NCBI GenBank assembly: GCA_051819665.1
Contig: JBNJDG010000007.1
Span: 1 to 51,057, forward strand
DNA: 51,057 nt
Origin: Nanobdellota archaeon
GTDB lineage: Archaea > Nanobdellota > Nanobdellia > Woesearchaeales > CAZZGN01
Direction of reading: 5' to 3'
Of the stretch, positions 17,196 through 26,938 are shown piece by piece (position 1 is the stretch's first letter; every line of letters begins with the position of its first letter). The notes beneath the pieces are model-generated. The model was not told where the DNA came from and did no database searches. It saw only the letters and a list, made by a program, of their open reading frames with translations. The position numbers and the translations under genes were made by a program.

Positions 17196-19540
17196 AATCC
17201 TAATTCCTCTCTCAGTTTCTTATTCTCTTCTTCTATCGTCTGGAGCTCAAGTATCTGTTCAACAGCATTATCCTTGAAATCATTGAGCATCTTGACCTTT
17301 TCCTTGAGCTGATTCTCGTATCTCTTCCTCTCAGTTATATCCCTCATCACACCCGCTATCTTAACTGGTTTCTTATCCTTATCATATACGAGATGAGCAT
17401 TGATTGAAACATCTATCTTCCCGCCGTCACTCTTCAAGAGCTGAACCTCATAACCCTTGACCTTGCCTTCTTTCTTAAGAGTCTCCATGAAAGGTTTCCT
17501 GTCAGAAGGATTCCTGTATATAGAAAAAACTGACTTCCCGATAACATCACTGGGTTCATAACCACCCAGATCCTTCAGAGAGGGACTCACTGTCTTTACA
17601 ACCCCTTCAAAATCTGTTTCGAAGTAAAGGTCCTGATATTCCCTGAAAATGTTCATATACCTCTCTTTCTCTTTCCTTAGCTTCTCTTCGGCTTCTTTCT
17701 TACCGGTGATATCCTGACCGGAGATCAATGAGGAACGCTTTCCCGCATAATTTATGATCTCGACCCTGAGATTGAACCATTTGACTTTCCCCTGTTTTGT
17801 CAGGACCTTAAGCTCATAACTTTTCTTGGGCTGACCGCCTTTTTCTCTCGCTTTCGCTCTCTTGAGTATCATCCCTTTATGGTCCGGATGGACCACATCC
17901 ATGAAAGTCATCGAAAGAAGCTCTTTCTTACTGTAGCCCAATGCTCTTGAGGCCTCATTATTAGCATACAACCAATTACCATGCCTGTGGATAAGTATAG
18001 GTACAGGGGCAGATTCAGTGAACATCCTGAACTTCTCCTCCGAATTCTTCAATTTCATCTCTGCTTTCTTTCTCTCTGTGACATCATCAACAATAACCAT
18101 TAGCTTATTCTCTTCCTTACCTTTTAAAGGTATGCCTGTAAATATCCTCGTGGTCTTCTTACCAGAAATAGAGGATGTGTAATCCAAAGGACCGACCTTG
18201 AAATAATTCCCCTCAAGTCCATTCCTTACCTTCTTATCCAGGCCGATTTTCTTATATCCTGGAAGTTTAAGCATATTAAGCTCCATGAATTTTTTCTTGG
18301 GTGCTCCGGCAATCTTGAGCATCTCTTTGTTCACGTAATCAACATCACCATTGCTATTAACCGTATATATCCCGAAAGGTGATTTATCTATAATCTCCTT
18401 GTTAAATTCATTAGCCCTTTCTATCTTCTCCTCATCCTCTTTCCTTTCAGTAATATCAATAGCCGAGACCATTAAAGAGGGTTGGCCTTCATATATTATC
18501 TTCTCGACCCTCATGTTCACCCATCTTTCTTTTCCTTTCTTTGTCACAGCCTTTATCTCGTACTCATTCTTGGGCCCTCTGCCTTTCTCACGGGATTTTG
18601 CCCTTCCCAATACAAGATTCCTGTAATCGGGATGAACAATGCTTATAAAATGCATAGACAGAAGCTCATCCCTGTTGTATCCAAGAAGTTTTATGGCTTC
18701 CGAATTAGCATAGAGCCAATTGCCCCCCCTATGGATAAGAAGAGCCACAGGTGCAGAATCAGTGAATATACGGAATTTCTCTTCCGATTCCTTCAGTTTT
18801 TTCTCTGTCTTTTTCCTCTTGGTGATATCCCTTGCAGAAGTTATTACTGCTTTCACTGTGCCTTTATTGTCAAATTCAGGAGCAAGCATCCAGTCAAAGG
18901 AAGGGCCGTTAGGAAGGGTGAATTCAATGTGATTCATCTCACCTGTTCTGAAGACTTTCCTGAGAGCTTTATGCCATTTATCCACCAGATACTGAGGAAA
19001 ACCTAGCTCTTCATGGGTCTTACCTATCATCTTCTCAGGATCCATACCCAACCTGATTTTCATGGCAGGGTTCACATACAGATGCCTCAGATCCCTGTCA
19101 AAACGCATGATTATATCTTCAGAATTCTCAGTTAAGGCCCTGAATATCTCCTCGGAATTCTTGAGCTTTTCCTCAGAGATTTTCCTTTCAGTGATATCCC
19201 TCATGATCGCCTGGACAAAATCCTTACCACCTATATTCACCGGATTAAGTGTAACCTCTGTAAAGAATTCCCCTTTCTTACCTTTGTGTTTCCATTCAAA
19301 AAAGACAGATTTCTTCCTGGCTTTGTCTATAAGTTCTTTTGCCTTTTTTATAGAACTTCCACCGTCTTCCTGTTTCCTGGGAGAGATCTGCCAGGGACCT
19401 CTTCCCTCTATCTCTGACTTATTAGCACCAAAGAGCCTGCAAGCCTTCCGGTTGCAATAGATGATACTGTAGCCACTTATCCATAAGACCGCCTCATGAG
19501 ATCGTTCAAACAGCGAATTAAAGATTTTTTTAAGTTCCAT
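17192..19540 (-). CDS. Six-PAS-domain protein without catalytic output
   Basis: Six PAS/PAC units ending DITER/DITKR/DITER/DVTER/DITGK/DITER, then a short coiled coil. Confidence 0.9.
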   Translation of the reverse strand: MELKKIFNSLFERSHEAVLWISGYSIIYCNRKACRLFGANKSEIEGRGPWQISPRKQEDGGSSIKKAKELIDKARKKSVFFEWKHKGKKGEFFTEVTLNPVNIGGKDFVQAIMRDITERKISEEKLKNSEEIFRALTENSEDIIMRFDRDLRHLYVNPAMKIRLGMDPEKMIGKTHEELGFPQYLVDKWHKALRKVFRTGEMNHIEFTLPNGPSFDWMLAPEFDNKGTVKAVITSARDITKRKKTEKKLKESEEKFRIFTDSAPVALLIHRGGNWLYANSEAIKLLGYNRDELLSMHFISIVHPDYRNLVLGRAKSREKGRGPKNEYEIKAVTKKGKERWVNMRVEKIIYEGQPSLMVSAIDITERKEDEEKIERANEFNKEIIDKSPFGIYTVNSNGDVDYVNKEMLKIAGAPKKKFMELNMLKLPGYKKIGLDKKVRNGLEGNYFKVGPLDYTSSISGKKTTRIFTGIPLKGKEENKLMVIVDDVTERKKAEMKLKNSEEKFRMFTESAPVPILIHRHGNWLYANNEASRALGYSKKELLSMTFMDVVHPDHKGMILKRAKAREKGGQPKKSYELKVLTKQGKVKWFNLRVEIINYAGKRSSLISGQDITGKKEAEEKLRKEKERYMNIFREYQDLYFETDFEGVVKTVSPSLKDLGGYEPSDVIGKSVFSIYRNPSDRKPFMETLKKEGKVKGYEVQLLKSDGGKIDVSINAHLVYDKDKKPVKIAGVMRDITERKRYENQLKEKVKMLNDFKDNAVEQILELQTIEEENKKLREELGL

Positions 19541-20480
19541 TCTTCAACAGATTGTTAATTATATTCAGAAGGTTGCCTATCTGCGGTTTGCTTATCTGAG
19601 CATCAGCCCCGATCTGCTCGCCTTTCTTCTTTATCTCCTCATAGATGAGGGAAGAAAAGAGAACAACAGGCAGAGTCTTCGTCTCTTTGTTATCCTTTAT
19701 CTTCTTGCAAAGGCTGTGCCCATCCATCTGCGGCATCTCTATATCTGTTACAAGGACCTGTACATAGTCAGTCAGTTTTTTCTTCTCCTTCTTGGCCTGT
19801 TGACTGAGCTCTTCAACATAAGAATAAGCCTGTTTGCCATTATTGACGCTAATCACCTCAAAACCACCCTTCTTGAGGACAGAGACAAGGAGATCCTTTA
19901 CAATGCCAGAATCCTCGGCAACAAGAGCCTTCTTACCGCCGTTCTGCTTGACCTGCTCTATGACATTCTTATCTGCCTCCACCGAAAGGCTTAGCTCAGG
20001 ATTGATGTCAGCGACGATCTTCTCGAAATCAATCATCATAACGATCCGGTCTTCGAACTTTATCACTCCGGTTACGCTCCTTTTCTCGGACTTATCTGTG
20101 ACCTCTTTGGGAGAAAGGATCTCCTGCCAGGACATCCTGTGTATCCTCTTTATATTATGTATGATGAAGCCGAAGTACTTCTGGTTGAACTCGGTGACCA
20201 CAACATAGCATTTAGAATAATCTCTCTCCGTGTACTCATTTAGCCAGGAGGCAAGGTCCACAAGAGGGACGATATGATCCCTGAACTTGAAAATGCCTAT
20301 CACATTCTCACCTGTGTTAGGCATCGAAGTATAATTAGGGAACTTTATTATCTCCCTCACTTTAGCAACATTGATACCGAAGGATTGTTTCCTCTCGCCG
20401 TCGGCAAGGTACATCTCAAACTCGGCTACCTCTACCTCATTTGTCCCTGTCTCAAGGAGTATGTCGTGATCAACGGCCAT
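19530..20480 (-). CDS. cheV: Chemotaxis protein CheV (CheW-REC)
   Basis: ILLETGTNEVE, FGINVAKVREII; receiver VAEDS, VTDIEMPQMDG, LFSSL, QISKP. Confidence 0.92.
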   Translation of the reverse strand: MAVDHDILLETGTNEVEVAEFEMYLADGERKQSFGINVAKVREIIKFPNYTSMPNTGENVIGIFKFRDHIVPLVDLASWLNEYTERDYSKCYVVVTEFNQKYFGFIIHNIKRIHRMSWQEILSPKEVTDKSEKRSVTGVIKFEDRIVMMIDFEKIVADINPELSLSVEADKNVIEQVKQNGGKKALVAEDSGIVKDLLVSVLKKGGFEVISVNNGKQAYSYVEELSQQAKKEKKKLTDYVQVLVTDIEMPQMDGHSLCKKIKDNKETKTLPVVLFSSLIYEEIKKKGEQIGADAQISKPQIGNLLNIINNLLKNGT

Positions 20481-20485
20481 GGCTA

Positions 20486-20956
20486 TCACTTACCCGCTTT
20501 TTTTATCTGCTCCATGTCCTTATTGCTGAGAAGCTTCGTAAGGTCAAGCAGGATAAGCAGACGCTCGTCAAGAACACCAACTCCGTCAATGAAGTCGCTG
20601 CTCACCTTTTTCGTGACAACTGCAGGTGCTTCCTCTATATTCTCTCCCTTTATACTGAGGACCTCTGTAGCCGAGTCAACGACCATCCCCACAGTGTTGT
20701 TATCCTTCTCGATCACAATGATCCTCGTATTATGATCTGCCTCCTTAGATTTCAGGCCAAGCTTCTTCGCAAGATCGAGCACTACTATGATCTTGCCTCT
20801 AAGGTTGATCACACCGTTGATGTAATCTTCTGTATTCGGAATCTTTGTAATCTGCTCCATACGGATGATCTCCTTCACTTCGTCTATATTGACTCCGAAT
20901 TCCTCATCCGCGAGCTTGAATACTACTACCTGTCTGCTTTCCTCGGCCATTTTCAT
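20486..20956 (-). CDS. cheW: Chemotaxis adaptor CheW
   Basis: [35 protein letters not shown] (start may be 20950). Confidence 0.95.
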   Translation of the reverse strand: MKMAEESRQVVVFKLADEEFGVNIDEVKEIIRMEQITKIPNTEDYINGVINLRGKIIVVLDLAKKLGLKSKEADHNTRIIVIEKDNNTVGMVVDSATEVLSIKGENIEEAPAVVTKKVSSDFIDGVGVLDERLLILLDLTKLLSNKDMEQIKKAGK

Positions 20957-23283
20957 TCCTCTTTCTTATTTTCCTTCTTCTGTGACTGTTTTGAAGCCTG
21001 GGACTGGGTTGTACTTCCTGCCGAGCTGCTTTTCTTGGCAGCAGCTTTTCCTGTACCGGAAGACTTGCCTGATCCCTGTGCAGAAGAAGTACTCTTTGCC
21101 TTTCCCTGGTTAGATGAACCGGATGTTTTGCCATAACCCTGGCCGGAAGAAGTACCCTGCTGACCTTTTTTCTTAGTCTCCTCAAGCTTCTTCCTGTTCT
21201 CCTCTTTCATCTTCTCCAGTTTCTCTTCCTCTTTCTCTTTAACTTTCTCAGCTTCCTGTTCGAATGATTCCGGAAGCTTGAACTTGGCAACCATGTTCTT
21301 CAGTGATTCAGCACCAGAGCTTAGGGTTTCAGCAGAATTGCTCACCTGCTGCATAGAGCTGGTAACTTCTTCAACGGAACTGCTTACCTCTTCACTGCCG
21401 GCGGCGTTCTCCTCAGCCACTGAAGACATGTCCGAAAGCTGATTCTCTACATTCTGGACAAGAGCGGGTATCTCCTCGAAAGCCACGAGAGCTTCCTGTA
21501 CTGCTGAAGTACCTTCCTCGACCTGTTTGGTGTTCTTGTCCATGCTCTGTACAGAGCTGTCTATCTCGTTCTGGATTGTCTGGATCAGCTCGGTTATCTG
21601 ACCGGTAGCTTTGCCTGACTGTTCTGCCAGTTTCCTTACCTCATCAGCTACTACAGCGAAGCCTCTTCCGGCTTCTCCTGCTCTTGCTGCCTCAATAGCC
21701 GCGTTAAGCGCAAGGAGGTTTGTCTGTTCAGAGATATCGTTGATCGTATCAACAATCTCACCGATCTGCTTGGATTTATCTCCGAGAGCCTTGACCTTCT
21801 CTGATCCCTCCTTGGTCGTTGAGGTGATGGAATCCATCTTCTCCTTGACCTGATTAGCTGACTGGCTTCCTTTCTTTGCTGACTCTGCTGTCTTCTTTGA
21901 AGACTGCTGTGCATCACTAGCGCTCTTGGAAGTGTTCTGGGCACCTTTGGCAACCTCCTGAACAGTAGAACTGACCTGCTGCATCGAGGCGTTAACCTCC
22001 TGCGCAGAAGCTGAAAGCTCTTCCGCAGAAGAAGCAGAAGACATAGCGTTCTTCTTTATCTTACCGACAAGATCCCTCAAACTTGTCACCATCGTGGATA
22101 GGGATGAGACCATCTCTCCCATCTCATTCTTGCCAAAATCCTTGTCAACCTTAACAGTCAGGTCTCCAGAGGATATCTTCTTGACCCTCTCTACGATATA
22201 ATAGAACCCATTGGTTATGTATCTTGAGAAAAGTATCGCTATCACCGAGGATATAAGTATTGCCACCAGAACTATTATTATCGTGTTATTCCTCATCTGC
22301 TTAAGGCCATCCTGGAAATCCTCTATATAGGCGCTGGACCATATCACCCAGTCAAGTTCAGGCACATAAGTATAACCGGCGATCTTCTGCCTTGCTCTGG
22401 CTTCACCTTCATTCTTCCAGTCATACTTAGCTATTCCGGTCTCTCCTTTACCTGCTTCCTGTGCATCTTTTATTGCATTCCTTATGAAATAATTTCCATC
22501 GGCATCCTTCGCATCCCAGATATTCTTTCCATCACTTTCCCTGTCCTTGGAGACAACATAATTGCCCTCTTCATCAAGAACAGCCACGTATCCTGTCTTT
22601 CCGACGGTGATCTCCGCAAATTCGTTCTTTAGCTCTTCAAGCTTCTCTTCCTTGACATTCATATTTGCAAGCTCATCATAATAAGTACTTACTCCTACAA
22701 CCCATTCCTTCTCAGGGAAATGCATGAGAGCAGCTATCTTGTCCCTCGGCTCTGGATCAGAGGGATTCTTCCATGGGTATGTCTGGTAGGCAAAATTCTT
22801 GCCCTCAAGACCCTTGGCCTTGTTTACCATCTCCCTGACGAAATATACGCCATCATTATCCTGGGCATTCCATATATTCTCTCCGTCCCTTTTCCTGTTC
22901 TTCGAGACTATATAATTCCCTTCGTAATCAAGAACGAAAACATATCCTGTATCTCCTACTGAGATATCGGCAAGCCTGTCCTTTATCTTCTCTTCAGAAT
23001 CCATTCCCTTAACCAGTTCATAGACCGCTTTCGCCTGCTCTGTCACAACTGATTTCGCCTGTTTTCTAGCAGATTCCCGGAGAGCAGTAATCTCCTCTTC
23101 TGTGCTCTCTGCACTCAATGCAAGCTGGGAGGCCTGCTGTTCAAGCCTTTCCTCTATCATTGAATTCGTATCCTGCTTCGCCTGATCATAGAGAACTACA
23201 CCCATTGTCACTGATACAGCGACTATAAGAATGATAAAAACTGAAACTAACTGCCATCTTAGACTAATGTCCTTTAATCCCAT
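20953..23283 (-). CDS. Methyl-accepting chemotaxis protein (TM, two Cache repeats, TM, HAMP, signalling domain, low-complexity tail)
   Basis: [35 protein letters not shown] hairpin; two VG.TGYV.VLD.EGNY repeats. Start MGLKD 23283 after GAGGTG. Confidence 0.96.
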   Translation of the reverse strand: MGLKDISLRWQLVSVFIILIVAVSVTMGVVLYDQAKQDTNSMIEERLEQQASQLALSAESTEEEITALRESARKQAKSVVTEQAKAVYELVKGMDSEEKIKDRLADISVGDTGYVFVLDYEGNYIVSKNRKRDGENIWNAQDNDGVYFVREMVNKAKGLEGKNFAYQTYPWKNPSDPEPRDKIAALMHFPEKEWVVGVSTYYDELANMNVKEEKLEELKNEFAEITVGKTGYVAVLDEEGNYVVSKDRESDGKNIWDAKDADGNYFIRNAIKDAQEAGKGETGIAKYDWKNEGEARARQKIAGYTYVPELDWVIWSSAYIEDFQDGLKQMRNNTIIIVLVAILISSVIAILFSRYITNGFYYIVERVKKISSGDLTVKVDKDFGKNEMGEMVSSLSTMVTSLRDLVGKIKKNAMSSASSAEELSASAQEVNASMQQVSSTVQEVAKGAQNTSKSASDAQQSSKKTAESAKKGSQSANQVKEKMDSITSTTKEGSEKVKALGDKSKQIGEIVDTINDISEQTNLLALNAAIEAARAGEAGRGFAVVADEVRKLAEQSGKATGQITELIQTIQNEIDSSVQSMDKNTKQVEEGTSAVQEALVAFEEIPALVQNVENQLSDMSSVAEENAAGSEEVSSSVEEVTSSMQQVSNSAETLSSGAESLKNMVAKFKLPESFEQEAEKVKEKEEEKLEKMKEENRKKLEETKKKGQQGTSSGQGYGKTSGSSNQGKAKSTSSAQGSGKSSGTGKAAAKKSSSAGSTTQSQASKQSQKKENKKEE

Positions 23284-23339
23284 GAAATAATACACCTCTT
23301 TTTTATGATAATTTTTTCCTGTAGTTGATTTTAATGTAT

Positions 23340-23360
23340 TTTATTTATAAGTTTTTCTAT
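23340..23360 (-). promoter_or_regulatory. Putative internal BRE/TATA promoter upstream of the MCP gene
   Basis: Minus strand atagaaaaacTTATAAATaa in the AT-rich gap between cheR and the MCP. Confidence 0.35.
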
Positions 23361-23381
23361 CTTACCCGGAAACAAAACCTC

Positions 23382-24167
23382 CTATTCCTTGACATAGATC
23401 CTCTCTCTGGGATTGAGTATCTGGAGCTTCTCCCTCGCTTCACCCTGTAGCACTTCAGTCTTCCCTATCACAAGGAAACCGTCATTGTTAAGGACTTCAT
23501 AAAAATCCTCATACAATCTTGCTTTCGCCTCCCTGTTAAAATAAATCACCGTATTCCTGCAGAATATGATATCCACCCTTCTCGGCCGGTATGTGTGGAT
23601 ATCCCCTATCTTATACTCTATAAGCCTGCTCACTTCCGGCTTCACCTGATACCTTCCATCACCCAGATCATCGAAGTATTTCTCCTTAAGGCCTGCGGGC
23701 ATCTCCCTGAACTGGTTCTCCTCATAAATCCCCTGCTTTGCTTTCTCTATAGTCCCATGATCTATATCAGTGGCTTCGATAGAGAAGGATATATCCTCGC
23801 CTGATTCAAGGAAAGAGATGGCTATGGAGACTGGCTCCTCTCCTGTTGAACAACCAGCAGACCATATCCTGACCTTTCTCTTGAGGTTCCCAACAAGGGG
23901 GATAACCTCTTCCATGAAAGCCTGCCACATATCATAATCCCTGAAGAAATGCGTTACGTGTATGCTCAATTCCTTATCGAGCTTCTCTTTCTCCTCATCA
24001 TCGCTATTGAGTATCCTGAGATATTCAGATATACTGTCAACATCATTGGCCCTTAATCTTACCCTTATCCTCCTCTCTATGAACTTTTCAGAATATTGTG
24101 AACAATCAAAGCCTATAAGCCTGTTTATCTCGCTCTTGAGCCTTCCTATATTCTCTGGGTCTCTCAT
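23382..24167 (-). CDS. cheR: Chemoreceptor methyltransferase CheR
   Basis: IHVTHFFRD, RIWSAGCSTGEEP, ATDID, DIIFCRNTVIYF, GKTE. Confidence 0.95.
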   Translation of the reverse strand: MRDPENIGRLKSEINRLIGFDCSQYSEKFIERRIRVRLRANDVDSISEYLRILNSDDEEKEKLDKELSIHVTHFFRDYDMWQAFMEEVIPLVGNLKRKVRIWSAGCSTGEEPVSIAISFLESGEDISFSIEATDIDHGTIEKAKQGIYEENQFREMPAGLKEKYFDDLGDGRYQVKPEVSRLIEYKIGDIHTYRPRRVDIIFCRNTVIYFNREAKARLYEDFYEVLNNDGFLVIGKTEVLQGEAREKLQILNPRERIYVKE

Positions 24168-24180
24168 GATATCTCTCTTC

Positions 24181-25212
24181 TCACTTTCTCGCCCTTTTTA
24201 TGACATCCTTGTCCCTTTCCTTGAAATACTTACCCTTACCGAAAACCGGGTGGACGGAAAGGTCTGCCTTGAACCTGAAAGCTTCTCCCTTCTTTCCCAG
24301 AACTTCGGCCATAGCCCTTACATGGGCAGCGACAGAACCACAGCAACTTCCAATATAATCAATCCCCATCTCTTTTGCTTCCCTGGCGAATTGAGCCATA
24401 TCAAACCTTGAAAGCTGGAAGGGATCAAGCTCGAGAGGGAAAGCCTTCCTGCCCTTATATTTCAAAGCCCAGAAATATTTTGTTTTCTCAGTGCATTTAT
24501 AAGCAGAAGGTTGAGCTGCTGTATAACAATCCACTTCATCAACAATCTTCTTCATTACCGGTAATGTTCTCTCAGGATCACGCTGGCAGTTTATCCCGAC
24601 TATATCAACACCCTGTTCATCAAGTTTCTTACAGGCATTGACCACATTAAACCCATCTTTCAGTTTCTCACTGTTCTTTATCATGAAGGTTATCATACAG
24701 GGTTTTCCAGTCCTCTTCACCTCATCAAGAGCTATGAGAGCTTCACCAAGATAATCGACTGTCTCAACGAGGAAGAAATCAACACCTTCTTTGTCCTGAA
24801 GCTCCACCTGTTCCCTTATAGCCTTCCTGGTCTCTTTCTCGGAATCCTCATCACCAGGAGTATATTGCCATGTCAATGCTATATTTCCTGCCACCAGGAC
24901 TTTCTTCCTGTTATTCTCATCGGCTATCTTTCTGGCTATCCTTACAGCATTCCTGTTGATATCATTCATATGCTTATGGCTCTCAGAGCTCCTGAGCTTC
25001 TCCCTCGTCCCATAAAAAGTGAAGGTCTGTAATACATCAACCCCTGCTCTCATAAATTCCCTATGTAGTTGTTCTACTGCTTCGGGCTCTTTTACAACAG
25101 CCTCTGGTGTGAAAGGTCCTGCTTTAACGTAACCTCTCTTCTCAAGCTCGAGGAGATAACCTCCATCTCCCAGAACAGGCCCTTTCTTCAGCTTATCAGT
25201 TATATTCACCAT
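24181..25212 (-). CDS. Homocysteine S-methyltransferase family, BHMT-like
   Basis: LGDGGYLLELEKRGYVKAGPFTPEAV, LHREFMRAG, Zn ligands GINC and GSCCG. Confidence 0.9.
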   Translation of the reverse strand: MVNITDKLKKGPVLGDGGYLLELEKRGYVKAGPFTPEAVVKEPEAVEQLHREFMRAGVDVLQTFTFYGTREKLRSSESHKHMNDINRNAVRIARKIADENNRKKVLVAGNIALTWQYTPGDEDSEKETRKAIREQVELQDKEGVDFFLVETVDYLGEALIALDEVKRTGKPCMITFMIKNSEKLKDGFNVVNACKKLDEQGVDIVGINCQRDPERTLPVMKKIVDEVDCYTAAQPSAYKCTEKTKYFWALKYKGRKAFPLELDPFQLSRFDMAQFAREAKEMGIDYIGSCCGSVAAHVRAMAEVLGKKGEAFRFKADLSVHPVFGKGKYFKERDKDVIKRARK

Positions 25213-25218
25213 TACCGA

Positions 25219-25701
25219 TCATACCTCCTGGATTCCATCTTTGGTCCTTATGGATATTTTACCTGTGTCAGTGTTGAACTTTATAGTCCTTCCCACCTGT
25301 CCGCCTGTAATCGCAGAAGATATATCAATGCCCAACTCATCAAGCACTTCCCTTACTGCTTTGGAGTTCTTCTTGCCTATATCCATAGCATCACTGTTCT
25401 GTAGAGCTCCGAACATATGGGCTCCTCCGACAATCTTAGCCTTAATCCTCTCTGTCCTGCATCCCTTTTTCTTCATATCATCTATCATGGCAGGTATCGC
25501 TTTATCAGCAAACTTATTGGGGTTGACATTCTTCCTGCTCTCCTCACTGGAAGGAAGCATAACATGAGCCAGTCCCCCTATCTTCTTTTCAGGATCATAA
25601 AGAGCACATCCGATACAGGATCCGAGGCCCAAGGCTACAAGCACCTTCGGGCTCTCCCCTATGATGTACTTACCCATATCTGCCATGATCTCTTCAGCCA
25701 T
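25219..25701 (-). CDS. cheD: Chemoreceptor glutamine deamidase CheD
   Basis: LGLGSCIG, GGLAHVMLP, KFAD, AKIVGGAHMF, IGKKN. Confidence 0.95.
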   Translation of the reverse strand: MAEEIMADMGKYIIGESPKVLVALGLGSCIGCALYDPEKKIGGLAHVMLPSSEESRKNVNPNKFADKAIPAMIDDMKKKGCRTERIKAKIVGGAHMFGALQNSDAMDIGKKNSKAVREVLDELGIDISSAITGGQVGRTIKFNTDTGKISIRTKDGIQEV

Positions 25702-26321
25702 TAATTCACACCCATTCCATATTTTTTCTCCAGCGATTCAAGCATTATATCGAGTGATTGTTCCTCAAACACAAGTATGAACGAACCATTGACGGAAAAA
25801 CCATCCACCTCTATTGTGGTCTTTATTGAGAGGATCTGGTCGGCAGTCTTGCCTATCCCGGCAACAATAGAATCCAGGACCGCCTGAGCCATATCAGTGG
25901 CCATCAAAGGAGGTTCAGGCATGACTTTCATATCAAGCATATCCCCTATGGCAGTCAGATATGATCCAACTATGACATTGGACATCTCCTTAAAAGATGA
26001 TATGGCCATCTCATCCATCTCCTTAGCTTCTTCTCCCATCACAAGCTTTACCAGATTAAGAGCATCCTCTTCGGGGAACAGGAATAAAGCCTGACCTTTC
26101 ATATCTCCTGTCACCTTAAGATAAAGGCACCTGATTATCTTTTCCGCACCACCAACCTCTTCAGCGAATCTCTCAAGAGGGATAAGTTTGGTATCTGGGA
26201 GAGAGATTGTAACATCTTTTCCGATGAGTTGAGAGAGCGCCGTAGCCGCATTCCCTATACCAACATTCGCTACTTCTCCCAATGCATCAACCTGCATATC
26301 ATTATACTTTTTCATCTTCAT
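25701..26321 (-). CDS. cheC: CheY-P phosphatase CheC
   Basis: DALGEVANVGIGNAATALSQ and SSFKEMSNV active-site motifs. Confidence 0.92.
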   Translation of the reverse strand: MKMKKYNDMQVDALGEVANVGIGNAATALSQLIGKDVTISLPDTKLIPLERFAEEVGGAEKIIRCLYLKVTGDMKGQALFLFPEEDALNLVKLVMGEEAKEMDEMAISSFKEMSNVIVGSYLTAIGDMLDMKVMPEPPLMATDMAQAVLDSIVAGIGKTADQILSIKTTIEVDGFSVNGSFILVFEEQSLDIMLESLEKKYGMGVN

Positions 26322-26938
26322 ACACCGTAAATCTTATTCAATATATCTGCCATCTGTTTGAGGGACTCATCCTCAAAAAGCATCACGAATTCTCCGTCTA
26401 TATCATGGCCCTCTACTTCTATCTTAGTATGAACTGATAGGATCTCATCAGCTGATTTAGCTAGATTGATCAAAGCGAAGTCTATGACTGACTGTGCCAT
26501 ATCAGTCGCCACATGGGGTACAGACGGGAATACTTTTATCGAGAGCATATCAGCGATAGCGTTCACATAGGAACCTGCAAATATATTGGACATCTCCTTG
26601 AAAGCAGACATCCCCATCTCATCGATAACTTTCGTCTGACCAGGATCATTCCCCACCATGAGATCCACCAACTGCTTTGCACTCTCCTGTGGGAAAAGCA
26701 GGATACATTCTCCCTTTATATCACCAAATATATTAAGATATAATGACATCACAACCTTTTCCGGGCCACCTATGAACTTTGAAAATTCACTTATAGGCAC
26801 AAATTTTGTTTCAGGTACCTTTATCTCGATCTTCTTATCAAGAAGCTGGGATAAAGCGGTAGCCGCATTACCTATCCCCACATTGCCTACTTCCTTGATT
26901 GCGTCCTCTTGCATCTCATTGATTTCCATCATTTTCAC
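26318..26938 (-). CDS. cheC: CheY-P phosphatase CheC (second copy)
   Basis: DAIKEVGNVGIGNAATALSQ and SAFKEMSNI. Confidence 0.92.
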   Translation of the reverse strand: MKMMEINEMQEDAIKEVGNVGIGNAATALSQLLDKKIEIKVPETKFVPISEFSKFIGGPEKVVMSLYLNIFGDIKGECILLFPQESAKQLVDLMVGNDPGQTKVIDEMGMSAFKEMSNIFAGSYVNAIADMLSIKVFPSVPHVATDMAQSVIDFALINLAKSADEILSVHTKIEVEGHDIDGEFVMLFEDESLKQMADILNKIYGV

